Source: an uncultured Gammaproteobacteria bacterium
GTDB taxonomy: Bacteria; Patescibacteriota; Microgenomatia; JAMCZE01
DNA: 64,000 nucleotides
NCBI GenBank assembly: GCA_964576435.1
Contig: CAZNUP010000002.1
Coordinates: 107,302-171,301 of the forward strand
Direction of reading: 5' to 3'
Shown here: one piece after another, positions 35,994 to 45,408 of the stretch
Layout: each line of letters begins with the position of its first letter
Numbering within the stretch: position 1 is the first letter of the stretch
Program-made: the position numbers and the translations under genes
The notes under the pieces: generated by a model
What the model saw: the letters and a program-made list of their open reading frames with translations, nothing else
What the model was told of the DNA's origin: nothing
The model's database searches: none

Positions 35994-36395
35994 TTACTTT
36001 GGCAAGGTAGCTTGACGAGGTAACGCTGTTTCGGGGTGATCAAGGATTCTAGAGATGACTATTTCTGTTAGCTTGTCTTGAAATTGATAAGGAGAGTGGT
36101 CAGTTATAGCTCTCCCCAATAGTGTTTTATATGCATAATCTTTTGGATGGAGTGCAATATATTCAGTCGAGTTCTCGGGTGGCGCTTTATTTTCTGGACA
36201 CAGGAAATATTTTTTAATGCCTAATATCGAACCTGAAGTAGGGTCAATTATTGTTAATTCAATAAAGTCTCCAGGTTTTATTTCAAGAGAACGGTTAACA
36301 TCTGCTTTAATATCTGGGGGTCCATCATTCTTAACCCCTCCGGAGGCTATTAGTTTGGCACGTCTTTCTGACTCACTAAGTCGTCTACGTGGCAT
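35994..36395 (-). CDS. Hypothetical protein (possibly a third, divergent Gre-like paralog)
   Basis: ORF track. Weak resemblance (IALHPKDYAYKTLLGRAITD) to the Gre C-domain. Confidence 0.3.
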   Translation of the reverse strand: MPRRRLSESERRAKLIASGGVKNDGPPDIKADVNRSLEIKPGDFIELTIIDPTSGSILGIKKYFLCPENKAPPENSTEYIALHPKDYAYKTLLGRAITDHSPYQFQDKLTEIVISRILDHPETALPRQATLPK

Positions 36396-36457
36396 TTATT
36401 TTTACTTACATAATTATACCTCTTTGGGTCAAGAGATTTTTCAGGTAGAATTAGAGC

Positions 36458-38209
36458 ATGGATATTAAAACTGAGTGGAATTTGAATTTAATTTTGAAAC
36501 CGGATCAATTTGCTTCGGAAAAAGATAGAGTTATTTCTGAATCTTATAAATTCATTGATAAGTGGAAAAATAGAGAAGACTATTTAACTGACCCAAAAGT
36601 TTTAGCAGAAGCTTTGTTTGAATACCAAGAATGGGAAAGGGGAACAGGACTTGCTGGAAGACTGTGGTATTTTTGGAGCTTATCCAGTTCTTTAGATCAA
36701 ACTAATCCAGAAATTAAAGCCAAGCTTAATCAAGTAATTGAACTTTCAAATAAAATTCAAAATGATATTCAATTCTTCGAGCACAAGGTGTCTCGGATGA
36801 AACCAATTGAAGCGCCTGAACTTCTTCCTTATAAACACTATCTAGAGAGATTGTGGGCAAATGCTAAATACCTTCTTTCTGAACCAGAAGAAAAACTGAT
36901 GAATTTGAAAGCCGATTCTTCTTATGGAGCGTGGGAAAGAATGACATCGGGACTAATTTCCAAAGAAGAAAGAGAGGTCATGGGTCGGAAAAAGAATTTC
37001 TCAGAGATTTATAACATGATTAATGATCCTGATAAGAAAACTCGTGATAGTGCAGCTCTTGCTATGAATGAAGTTCTTTCTAGGTGGGTTGATGTCGGGG
37101 AGGCGGAAATGAATGCAATCCTAAATGATAAAAAAGTTAATGATGAACTGCGGGGAATGAAAAGACCTGATGAAGGACGACATGTGAGTGATGATGTAAG
37201 TTCTCCTATAGTTGATGCGTTAACAAAAACTGTTTCCGAAAATTTCAAACTACCAGCTAGATTTTTTGAACTTAAAGCAAAACTTTTAGGACTTCCTAAA
37301 CTCGAATACTATGAGCGGGCAGTGCCTTATGGGAAACTTGATAAGAAATATAGTCTGGATGAAGCTGTTAGTTTAGTGGCTGGGGTTTTTGAAAAACTGG
37401 GTCCAGAATTTAAAGAAATTTTTGAAAGACTTCTTTTAAATGGACAGGTTGATGTCTATCCAAAAAAGGGGAAGCGGGGAGGGGCATTTTGTTCACACAA
37501 CCTTGTTGTAGAACCAACATATGTGCTTATGAACTTTAATGACAAATTGGAATCAGTTTTAACACTTGCTCATGAATTTGGTCATGCAATTAATAATGAA
37601 CTAATGAGAGGGCAAAGTGCATTCTATTTCCATACAAGTTTAGCGACAGCTGAAGTAGCTAGTACTTTTTTCGAAGGATTTGTTCTTTCTGAACTTTTAA
37701 AAGAAGCTGATGATGAATTACGACTTGCCTTAATGGTCAAACAACTTGACGACGATATGGGAACAATCTTTAGACAAGTTGCGATGTACAACTTTGAAAA
37801 AGAACTCCACAATGCCTTTAAAGAAAAGGGGTATTTAGCAAAAGAAGAAATTGGAAAGATGTGGCTTGATAATGCGATTTCTTCAATGGGGCCATTTGTG
37901 AATGCAACGCCGGGATCTGAAAATTGGTGGCTATATGTTCCTCACATTAGAGACTTTTTTTATGTCTATTCTTATGCATCTGGTCAACTAATTTCTAAGG
38001 CAATGCAAAAGAAGGTTAAAGAGAAACCGGAATTTATATTGAAAGTAAAAGAATTTTTAGCATCAGGTACATCTAAGTCACCAAAAGATCTTTTTATGGA
38101 CATGGGAATAGATGTTTCGGATCAAAAGTTTTGGGAAGAGGGAATTATGGAGATAGAAAATGAACTAGGTCAGATTGAAGAGTTGGCCAAAAATATGGGA
38201 AAGATTTAA
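36458..38209 (+). CDS. pepF: Oligoendopeptidase F (M3B family metallopeptidase)
   Basis: HEFGHAINNE (HExxH) with a downstream Glu. About 580 aa, typical of PepF. Confidence 0.85.
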   Translation: MDIKTEWNLNLILKPDQFASEKDRVISESYKFIDKWKNREDYLTDPKVLAEALFEYQEWERGTGLAGRLWYFWSLSSSLDQTNPEIKAKLNQVIELSNKIQNDIQFFEHKVSRMKPIEAPELLPYKHYLERLWANAKYLLSEPEEKLMNLKADSSYGAWERMTSGLISKEEREVMGRKKNFSEIYNMINDPDKKTRDSAALAMNEVLSRWVDVGEAEMNAILNDKKVNDELRGMKRPDEGRHVSDDVSSPIVDALTKTVSENFKLPARFFELKAKLLGLPKLEYYERAVPYGKLDKKYSLDEAVSLVAGVFEKLGPEFKEIFERLLLNGQVDVYPKKGKRGGAFCSHNLVVEPTYVLMNFNDKLESVLTLAHEFGHAINNELMRGQSAFYFHTSLATAEVASTFFEGFVLSELLKEADDELRLALMVKQLDDDMGTIFRQVAMYNFEKELHNAFKEKGYLAKEEIGKMWLDNAISSMGPFVNATPGSENWWLYVPHIRDFFYVYSYASGQLISKAMQKKVKEKPEFILKVKEFLASGTSKSPKDLFMDMGIDVSDQKFWEEGIMEIENELGQIEELAKNMGKI

Positions 38210-38506
38210 TCTTGGCGAAGACTCGGCATCTTCTACAGTTAAAATTGTTCTAACGGTAAATTGCTCGGCCCCCTCTGGATAAAATATTTGAGTTTTAGGC
38301 TTATTTGTTAGAGGGTCAACTTGTCCTCTTACAGTCAAACATTTATCTCCACCAAGAAGAAAAAATGCTCCATGTTCGTTATTAGCTAATATCACTCTGG
38401 TGCCAATACCAATTGCTTTTGCAGTGTCTTGTTCACTGTTATTTGGGAAGATGGCATATCCAAATGGTACCCCGCCTCGGGTTATTTCAACTAATCCTGA
38501 ATTCAT
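38165..38506 (-). CDS. Hypothetical protein (113 aa)
   Basis: ORF track. Overlaps the 3' end of pepF by 45 nt. Confidence 0.3.
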   Translation of the reverse strand: MNSGLVEITRGGVPFGYAIFPNNSEQDTAKAIGIGTRVILANNEHGAFFLLGGDKCLTVRGQVDPLTNKPKTQIFYPEGAEQFTVRTILTVEDAESSPRLNLSHIFGQLFNLT

Positions 38507-38531
38507 AATATGGTAATTATACTATTTAAGG

Positions 38532-39998
38532 TTATTTATTGTATTTTTCAAGAAGTTTTTTCAACTTTTCTTGTTGTTCTGTTTGCTGATAGAGGTTTGC
38601 TAGCGATTGTGCGGAAAAAAAGAAATTAGGATTTACCTCTAGGGCTTTTAAATAGTTTTTTTCTGCTTCTTCAACATTCCCTCTTGCTACTTCTGCATTT
38701 GCTAGATTGTGATAAAGATTTGGAACTGTCGGGTCTATCTTTATGCCTTTTTGGTAAGTTGAAATAGAATTATCTATATCACCATTTTCTGCATATGCCA
38801 TGCCTAGACCGTTAATAATTCTAATTGATTTGGGGGCGTGAATTAGTGTTTGGGTATAAAACCTAACTGAGTCGTTCCAATCAAATTGGCGGATAAAATT
38901 TCTTAGACTGAAAAGTATTAAAACTACATAAATTGTGTAAAGCACATATTTATTCTTTAGGTATTTTTCAGCCAAAATTAAAAGGAAAGCGAAGAAGAAA
39001 ACTAGTGGCAAATATAGGAAGTGTTCATAGAAAATACCGTTAATTAATAGAATTCCTGTATATGGAATAAAACAGATGAAGAAACCCAGGAAACAGAATA
39101 TTAAATTATTAAAATTTTCTTTACCCTTTTGTTTATAGAGAAGGAGTCCAATTAACGCTAAGAAAATAATAAAACCAAAAAGATATGGATTTAGAAAATT
39201 GGTTTGAATACTAATTGTGAAATCTCGTTCCATAAAAAGTTCAGCTGGGAAAAGCATGAGGGCAAAATAGAGATAAAGATTTTGAATAAAAGTTAGGAGC
39301 CTAACAATTAGTGAATTGGCATAAGGATTGTTTCCCCAAGCTGATTTAATATCAAATGAATTAATGCTTGTGAAGTGAAACCAAAGATAAAGTAACGATA
39401 TAGTTAATTGTGACCATAGCGTCTTCCAACTCTTATTTAAAATCCCCAAAACAATTAAAAGCGGTAGGAAAACTAGCCCCGTCTCTTTAGATAAAATTGA
39501 AAGAGTAAAAAATCCTAAACTCCACCAATTTTTTTTCTTTAGAAAAAAGATTAAAGATAAAAAACCAAATAAAACAAACATGGGGTCAGAAAGACCTGAG
39601 ATATAGCTAACTGCTTCTGTTTGGACTGGGTGAACTAGAAATACTAGAGATGTTAGGAGGGCAATGGTCTGGTTTTTTGTTAGCAGGTAGAAAAAATAGA
39701 ATATTGCACAAGCTGCTCCAATGTGGAATGCGATATTTAACAGGTGATACCAGAAAGGGGTGAAACCAAAAACTGCATGGGTTGTGGCATATGCAATTTG
39801 TGGGAGAGGGCGATAATAGTTGGAGTTTTTGTCTCTACCTGCGGTTTGAGATTCTGTAAAGAATTTGTCAACTCTAAATTCGGCTACATATTTATTGGCG
39901 TAAACAAAATCTTCGTCATCCCAAAGAAATGGGCCAAAAAGGGAGGGTAGATAAAGAATAATTCCAGCAAAAAAGAGTATGAGAAAATATTTCTTCAC
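38532..39998 (-). CDS. Polytopic membrane protein with C-terminal TPR repeats (putative glycosyltransferase-like)
   Basis: Ten or more TM helices followed by TPR-like repeats (YQKGIKIDPT..., AEKNYLKALEVNPN...). Confidence 0.5.
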   Translation of the reverse strand: MKKYFLILFFAGIILYLPSLFGPFLWDDEDFVYANKYVAEFRVDKFFTESQTAGRDKNSNYYRPLPQIAYATTHAVFGFTPFWYHLLNIAFHIGAACAIFYFFYLLTKNQTIALLTSLVFLVHPVQTEAVSYISGLSDPMFVLFGFLSLIFFLKKKNWWSLGFFTLSILSKETGLVFLPLLIVLGILNKSWKTLWSQLTISLLYLWFHFTSINSFDIKSAWGNNPYANSLIVRLLTFIQNLYLYFALMLFPAELFMERDFTISIQTNFLNPYLFGFIIFLALIGLLLYKQKGKENFNNLIFCFLGFFICFIPYTGILLINGIFYEHFLYLPLVFFFAFLLILAEKYLKNKYVLYTIYVVLILFSLRNFIRQFDWNDSVRFYTQTLIHAPKSIRIINGLGMAYAENGDIDNSISTYQKGIKIDPTVPNLYHNLANAEVARGNVEEAEKNYLKALEVNPNFFFSAQSLANLYQQTEQQEKLKKLLEKYNK

Positions 39999-40145
39999 AA
40001 TCTAATTATACCCCGGGATTTTAATATTCTGATATATGAAAATCTTTGGTTTTTAAGAATTTCTTGAAGAGTTGAAGATAGTCTCCTAGTATTCCAATTG
40101 GCTTTTTGTGCAGATTAGTTGATTATATTGGAACTTACTTTAAAT

Positions 40146-40712
40146 CTATTTTATGAATTTGAAAGTTTGTAGTAAACTTTCAAAAGTGTCAAACATATCT
40201 GAGTCTTGGTTGTGCATAAGGCTAAGCCAGTAATAAGTTCCATTTCTGAATAAGTCGACTCTAGAAATGCGAACGGTAATGGGCGGATTGTAAACATTTC
40301 CTCTTTCCTCACTTATTTTTTCTTTAAGTTCGCACTTTTTTGCAGGAACAGAATCAAGTTGAATATCTTTACACGAAGTAAAACCTGGCAAGTTCATAGG
40401 TTTTTTGTTGGTAGTTTCTATCCAAATTTGATCTTCATTTGGTCCTCCATCGCTGAAGAGAACTCCATTTTCAAATGGCACGCCATACGGCAGAGGTTCT
40501 GGTTTAAGTTGTTCAGGATATTTTACAGAAAAATCATTTGTCCTGTCTGAATAGGTTTTCCAGTCAGATGTTACCGCTTCAAATGGGTTAATTTGGTTTT
40601 GCTGCTTTTTAGATTTAAAGATAAGATATACGTTGGCCGTTAATGAAAGCACTAGAAGTAGGACTAAGAAAGTAATTAAAATGTGGACAAATTTTTTGTT
40701 TTTCACCGTCAA
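40146..40712 (-). CDS. Hypothetical membrane-anchored exported protein
   Basis: ORF track. N-terminal TM. Confidence 0.35.
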   Translation of the reverse strand: MTVKNKKFVHILITFLVLLLVLSLTANVYLIFKSKKQQNQINPFEAVTSDWKTYSDRTNDFSVKYPEQLKPEPLPYGVPFENGVLFSDGGPNEDQIWIETTNKKPMNLPGFTSCKDIQLDSVPAKKCELKEKISEERGNVYNPPITVRISRVDLFRNGTYYWLSLMHNQDSDMFDTFESLLQTFKFIK

Positions 40713-40794
40713 ATTGTACGTTGATCATACCAAAACGTCAAAAATCGGTTCCAACGACGTTTTTAGTTTAAAGTCGAATCTAATTTCGTTGGTG

Positions 40795-41011
40795 CGGTGT
40801 TACGAACAAGCTAGAACGTTATGTCGCAGCTCGCTCCGCTCGCTGCTTTTATAGCGTCGGCCTGCGGTCTCTGCGTTGGAAAAGGTCGGCTCGATCTTCT
40901 TTTTGAAGGACCGGCAGCTAGCCGTCGAATATACTCAGGAATTCGCGGCGCTCCGAGCGGTTGCGGGCGCTTGGCGCGCCGCTACCAATTCTTCTGAAAA
41001 ATCCCTGTCTG
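40795..41011 (+). repeat. Degenerate composite copy (A-like + aaaaggtcggctcga + B'-like) of the tRNA-Trp element repeats, immediately 3' of tRNA-Tyr
   Basis: 40878-41011 aligns with 28684-28826, including gcggcgctccgAgcggttgcgggcgc versus ...cgCgcgg.... 40795-40877 aligns with repeat A (gctcgctccgctcgc...). Confidence 0.5.
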
Positions 41012-41096
41012 TGCTGAGACCTGGATTCGAACCAGGGTAGCTCTTTCGAGCACGAGATTTACAGTCTCGCTCATTTGTCCACTCTGATATCTCAGC
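41012..41096 (-). tRNA. tRNA-Tyr (anticodon GTA) with a long variable arm
   Basis: Manual fold. Acceptor GCTGAGA/TCTCAGC. Anticodon loop CU-GTA-AA. Variable arm GTGCTCGAAAGAGCTAC. T-arm CCTGG-TTCGAAT-CCAGG. Confidence 0.85.
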
Positions 41097-41691
41097 TAAT
41101 CAACTCAGATGATATTATACCAATGTCCGATAAAATCTGTTCAAGAAGTCTTTTGTCGTTGTATCTTACGTGTATAAGGCCGTGCGGCATTTTATCAACT
41201 TTTTTTTCATCGAAGTCTGTTCGTGTATAAGGTTTGGTAAAATTTGATTTTGAAATTTTTAATTTTTTAGACCAGAAATCTACCAGACTAGAGGCATTTT
41301 GATTTGAATAGCAATACAAAAATGCTCTTAGTCGCTTTTCGTCTATTTTATATATTTGTCTTAGTAATTTTGTGAAAATTACTACCATATTTTCATTTGA
41401 ATTGGCAAAATCCACAATTCCATGTGGGGCTTTTGCTCCTTCTGCCCAGTACAACATTAACCCGGCCTGTAATAGCATTTTCTCGCTTTTTGTTGTTGGT
41501 GTTTTCTTTTGATAGGAGAGTGGAGTTTTATTAAATCTTAATTTTAAGGAGAGCGCTATTTTTCTCCTTGGAATATTAAATTTCTTCATTATCGACAAAA
41601 CCTGCCATTGGCTGATTTTAAGAGTGTGAGCTATCTCACGGGTATTTAGTTGTTGGTTACAATAAAGATCTCTTATCTTGTCAATGTCCAT
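41092..41691 (-). CDS. Hypothetical HTH-containing protein inserted between tRNA-Thr(TGT) and tRNA-Tyr
   Basis: N-terminal LNTREIAHTLKISQWQVLSIMKKF looks like an HTH. The stop overlaps the tRNA-Tyr 5' end by 5 nt. Confidence 0.4.
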   Translation of the reverse strand: MDIDKIRDLYCNQQLNTREIAHTLKISQWQVLSIMKKFNIPRRKIALSLKLRFNKTPLSYQKKTPTTKSEKMLLQAGLMLYWAEGAKAPHGIVDFANSNENMVVIFTKLLRQIYKIDEKRLRAFLYCYSNQNASSLVDFWSKKLKISKSNFTKPYTRTDFDEKKVDKMPHGLIHVRYNDKRLLEQILSDIGIISSELIS

Positions 41692-41745
41692 GCATACTTA
41701 GTATATTACTTTTGTTGAAGAATTCTAGAAGAGAAATTTTATTTG

Positions 41746-41817
41746 AGCCACCTCTCGGATTTGGACCGAGGACCTTCGCTTTACAAAAGCGTTGCTCTAC
41801 CACTGAGCTAAGGTGGC
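41746..41817 (-). tRNA. tRNA-Thr (anticodon TGT)
   Basis: Manual fold. Acceptor GCCACCT/AGGTGGC. D-arm GCTC-AGTGGTA-GAGC. Anticodon loop UU-TGT-AA. T-arm CTCGG-TCCAAAT-CCGAG, with C at position 55. Confidence 0.8.
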
Positions 41818-41821
41818 TTGT

Positions 41822-41860
41822 TAAAGGATATTATACAGGAGTTGTTGGGGACAAATAAAG
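41822..41860 (-). promoter_or_regulatory. Candidate promoter for the tRNA-Thr / ORF / tRNA-Tyr transcript. A -10 TATAAT (plus-strand 41827-41832) lies about 10 nt upstream of the tRNA 5' end.
   Basis: Minus strand: ...gctttatttgtccccaacaactcctgTATAATatcctttaa-[tRNA]. Confidence 0.3.
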
Positions 41861-42056
41861 CTCCCCAAGGAACTGGCAGAAAAGAAGCGTTTTCCCCGAA
41901 ATATTTGGGTCCCGAAAAGTTTCTGACTTTAGCTTGTGGCATGGCCAAAAAACATTTCGATGTGGTTAGCCCTTTCAAGTAGAACGCTGTCAGGGAAAAA
42001 TACTCCTTTTGCCAATGTTCTTCAGGGAACCTATGTGTATATTATAAACCCTTTCG

Positions 42057-42656
42057 TCAATGGATCAAAAAGGAAGTTATGTTGAAAATTATTGGATCAA
42101 TTATGCCAAAAATCAGAGGGCGAAAGAGATATATTGCACCAAAAACGAGAAGAAAACTAAATCTTTCGAGAGACAAATAGATTCTACTTATGTTGTCTGG
42201 TAAAACTCCCGCCAAGATTTTTGAACCATCAAGTGGAGGAATTGGTAAAAGGTTGAAAATAGCTAATGTTACATTTAAATAGATACCACTTGTTAGGATA
42301 TTTGTGACAATTGGTCCAAGATTTAGAAAGAGGAGGAGTGAGAAAAGTCCGGCAATTAAGAGATTGGTTGCTGGACCAGCTAATGAAACTATTGCCATAT
42401 CTCGTTTTGGATCCTTCAAATTAAACGGATCTACTGGCACTGGCTTAGCGGCTCCAAAGATAACGCCGGCATTTAAGATGAATAGAATTAGGGGAAGGGC
42501 GATAGTCATAATAGGGTCAATATGGGGGATAGGATTTAGGGTCAAACGTCCGTGGACTCTGGCTGTTGGGTCTCCTAATTTGTCGGCTACATAGCCATGA
42601 GCAATCTCGTGGAGGATGATTGAATAGATCAGAACTAGAAAATCGACAACAAACAT
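42057..42656 (-). CDS. Site-2 protease (M50) family zinc metalloprotease
   Basis: HEIAHGYVADKLGD (HExxH in a TM helix); multi-TM. Confidence 0.65.
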   Translation of the reverse strand: MFVVDFLVLIYSIILHEIAHGYVADKLGDPTARVHGRLTLNPIPHIDPIMTIALPLILFILNAGVIFGAAKPVPVDPFNLKDPKRDMAIVSLAGPATNLLIAGLFSLLLFLNLGPIVTNILTSGIYLNVTLAIFNLLPIPPLDGSKILAGVLPDNISRIYLSLERFSFLLVFGAIYLFRPLIFGIIDPIIFNITSFLIH

Positions 42657-42672
42657 GGTAAAATTCTAACAT

Positions 42673-42903
42673 ATGACTCAATGTGACATTTGCGGAAAAG
42701 GCGTTATGGTTGGCCACAATGTGCGCCATACTCATTCTGGGCAATGGGAAAAAAGAGCAACAAAAACTCGCAGAGTCTTTTTGCCAAACGTTCAAACCGG
42801 TAAAGTAATGATCAACGGCGTTTCTAAAAGGGTTAAGGCTTGTGCATCATGTCTTGCGATGTACAAAGTGAAATACACTCCAAAAGCTGCTACACTGGCT
42901 TAA
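42673..42903 (+). CDS. rpmB: 50S ribosomal protein L28-like
   Basis: 76 aa. HNVRHTHSGQWEKRATKTRRVFLPNVQ matches the L28 core pattern (N.SHA....R.F.PN). Extra Cys residues. Confidence 0.65.
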   Translation: MTQCDICGKGVMVGHNVRHTHSGQWEKRATKTRRVFLPNVQTGKVMINGVSKRVKACASCLAMYKVKYTPKAATLA

Positions 42904-43160
42904 TGAGCCAACAAGGATACGTGTCTCCGCTATTTGTAATTATCTCAGGGGTTTTTATCATTGTCTTAGTGGCGACTGTAGCTTTGAACGCAAAATCACT
43001 GGACTTTGGTTCAAGAGCTAGCGAGACAGTCAAAAAAGTTAACTTATTACCCTCTGAAAACGTAGATATTTCTTGTGGAAATGGGGGAAAACTTAAGGTT
43101 GTAAAAAGTGGAGATTCCGCTTATCAACTTAGCTGTACCGGGTTTTTGCCTTCAAATTGA
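42840..43160 (+). CDS. Hypothetical membrane-anchored protein
   Basis: ORF track. One TM. Confidence 0.3.
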   Translation: MCIMSCDVQSEIHSKSCYTGLMSQQGYVSPLFVIISGVFIIVLVATVALNAKSLDFGSRASETVKKVNLLPSENVDISCGNGGKLKVVKSGDSAYQLSCTGFLPSN

Positions 43161-43894
43161 ACGATATCCAGGACTAGTTTTTCATTTTCTAAATGACATT
43201 TTCTAATTAGCATCCGTTTTCCTTCTTTTATGGTCCAAAGACCTGGCCAGGGAGTCATTGCCCTATATTTGTTATATGTCTCAACTTTTTCTAAATCCTC
43301 GTATTTTACAAAACCATCATCTTTAGTGAGCATTTTGGTAAAGGTGGCTTTTTGGTGGTCTTGGGGGGTCAGTTTGCCTGAAAAGTCAATATTGGGCAGT
43401 TCTTTGGCGACTTCTATAAACAATCTTGTATAAAGAGTGTTTGTGGTGTCATCTGGAAAGATAGGGTAATCTTTTTGCCAGAGGATTGGACCAGTGTCCA
43501 AGGTTTTTTCGAGCTTAAAAATGGTGACCGAGGTTTTATTCCTGCCTTCTAGTAAAGCATATTGGACAGGGGAGGCGCCTCTTAATTCTGGTAGCTTGGA
43601 AAAGTGGATATTAAAAGTGCCGATTTTAGCTCTGTTAAAGACATCTTCTTTAATGATCTCTCCAAAATCGGCAACGATTCCTAAATCATAATCTAAGTCA
43701 TTTAACTCTTTAATAGTTTTTACTAAAATTTTGTGTTCATTTGCCCATGTTTTGGTTGCTGAAGGAGTCAAAACTTTTTTTCTCCCCACTGGCTTATCAG
43801 GGCGAGTTACTACCATTTTTAGGTCGAAATTGACCTTTAATGATTCTAAGATTGGTATGCAGTAGTTGGATGTGCCGAAAAAGATTGTTGTCAT
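43124..43894 (-). CDS. fmt: Methionyl-tRNA formyltransferase (short form)
   Basis: MTTIFFGTSNYCIPILESL...VVTRPDKPVGRKK...HFSKLPELRGASPVQYALLEG. C-terminal domain shortened. Confidence 0.75.
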   Translation of the reverse strand: MTTIFFGTSNYCIPILESLKVNFDLKMVVTRPDKPVGRKKVLTPSATKTWANEHKILVKTIKELNDLDYDLGIVADFGEIIKEDVFNRAKIGTFNIHFSKLPELRGASPVQYALLEGRNKTSVTIFKLEKTLDTGPILWQKDYPIFPDDTTNTLYTRLFIEVAKELPNIDFSGKLTPQDHQKATFTKMLTKDDGFVKYEDLEKVETYNKYRAMTPWPGLWTIKEGKRMLIRKCHLENEKLVLDIVQFEGKNPVQLS

Positions 43895-43953
43895 ATTTTC
43901 TATTCTAACATTTCAGACTTGACATTTTTATATTTTGCCTTATAATTAATACT

Positions 43954-44139
43954 ATGAGTGATCGTAATGAACAGTCAAAAGTTTCCATTGGGGACGTTTC
44001 ACCAGAATTGGCTAAAATATTAGCGAAATTTGCAGCTAGGGGTCAAACACCGGATGCTGATACAGTTGCAATGTTTTTAAAAGCTGCAGCACCAAGGGCG
44101 GTCGAGCTTCTAGATAAGAAGGGTAAAAAACAGGGTTAA
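43954..44139 (+). CDS. Small hypothetical protein (61 aa)
   Basis: ORF track only. Confidence 0.25.
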   Translation: MSDRNEQSKVSIGDVSPELAKILAKFAARGQTPDADTVAMFLKAAAPRAVELLDKKGKKQG

Positions 44140-44681
44140 ATTTCTACCTCATCCCACTCTTCTTCACTTTTGTTTTTCGTGATTTTATAGAGTTTTCCCT
44201 GCTGTTCTAGAATTCTTTCAATAAAAAGTTTACCGTCTAGATGGTCCATCTCGTGCTGAATCACAGTTGCTGCAAAGCCTTCAAATGTTTCTTCTTTTGT
44301 TTCTCCGGTTTCTGTTTGGTATTTTAGTTTCAAATTGGTCCATCTTTTAACTACACCGTAATAGTCGGGTTTTGACAAGCAACCTTCGAGAGGGGATTTC
44401 TTGGTTGTTTTATTTGGTTGAAGTTCTTCACTATGACTTAATATTTGAGGGTTAATAAAAACACGGACCTCGTCTGTTTTTTTTGTTCCAAATCTGGCCA
44501 CAAATATTTTCCATGGGAGATTTACTTGATTTGCAGCAAGACCAACCCCTTCTGGATCCTTTTGAGCAAGCATTGTTTCAATCATTTCTGAAACGATTTT
44601 TTTAAGTTTATCGTCAAAGAAATAGACATCTGTGGCGCTAGTTCTCAATATTTCATTTGGCGCTTGAACAATAGTGTACAT
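44136..44681 (-). CDS. def: Peptide deformylase
   Basis: GVGLAANQV, EGCLS and HEMDHLDG motifs. Confidence 0.85.
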   Translation of the reverse strand: MYTIVQAPNEILRTSATDVYFFDDKLKKIVSEMIETMLAQKDPEGVGLAANQVNLPWKIFVARFGTKKTDEVRVFINPQILSHSEELQPNKTTKKSPLEGCLSKPDYYGVVKRWTNLKLKYQTETGETKEETFEGFAATVIQHEMDHLDGKLFIERILEQQGKLYKITKNKSEEEWDEVEI

Positions 44682-44703
44682 ATGTTAATTATACCGTATA
44701 TAA

Positions 44704-45405
44704 TTGACTTTCATGACAAAAGATACTCCGAAACATATTGCGATTATTATGGATGGTAACCGGAGGTGGGCTAAGAAAAAAGGGCTTCCTTCCTCAGAAG
44801 GACATAAAGCAGGGTCTGATGCTTTGGAAAATATTGTGGAATCAGCCTCCAAACTAGGGGTTAGAACAGTTACAGTTTATGCGCTTTCTACTGAAAACTT
44901 GCATGAGAGGACGAAAGGTGAAATCTCTTCGATCTTTGAAATTATTAAAATGAGCTTTGAAGTTAAATTTTCAAGGATGATGAAAAATGGAGTCAAAATT
45001 GAAATTCTTGGAGAGCTTGATGGACTTCCAAGGTTTATTCGAAATATTATCGCAAAGACAAACAGATTCGATGTTGATAACGAGAAAATTAAATTGAATG
45101 TAGCATTCAATTATGGGGGGAAAAAGGAAATAATTGTTGCAATTCAAAAACTTCTTAAAGATGGAATTACTGCGGAGGCAGTTACTGAAGAAGAGATAAG
45201 GCAGAGATTATATGCTGGAAATTGTGATGACCCTGATCTTGTTATAAGGACAGGCGGAAAGATGAGACTTTCAAATTTTCTTTTGTGGCAAACAGCTTAT
45301 TCAGAGCTATATTTTTCAAAAAAGATGTGGCCCGACTTTAAAGATAAAGACTTGAAAGAGGCGGTGTCCTGGTTTCAAAAACAAAAGAGGAACTTTGGAA
45401 GATAG
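44704..45405 (+). CDS. uppS: Undecaprenyl (isoprenyl) diphosphate synthase
   Basis: HIAIIMDGNRRWAKKKGL...RTGG..RLSNFLLWQTAYSELYF. Confidence 0.85.
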   Translation: MTFMTKDTPKHIAIIMDGNRRWAKKKGLPSSEGHKAGSDALENIVESASKLGVRTVTVYALSTENLHERTKGEISSIFEIIKMSFEVKFSRMMKNGVKIEILGELDGLPRFIRNIIAKTNRFDVDNEKIKLNVAFNYGGKKEIIVAIQKLLKDGITAEAVTEEEIRQRLYAGNCDDPDLVIRTGGKMRLSNFLLWQTAYSELYFSKKMWPDFKDKDLKEAVSWFQKQKRNFGR

Positions 45406-45408
45406 ACC

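Noticed and set aside
41092-41691. LAGLIDADG homing-endonuclease assignment for the ORF between the tRNAs
   Set aside because: Only a loose LQAGLMLYWAEG resemblance to a single LAGLIDADG motif. No second motif and no intein or intron context demonstrable.
41861-42056. Long M50-protease 3' trailer, considered as possible ncRNA (SRP/6S/riboswitch)
   Set aside because: No match to remembered conserved cores (for example the SRP AGGUCAGGUCCGGAAGG motif). Cannot be supported from sequence alone.
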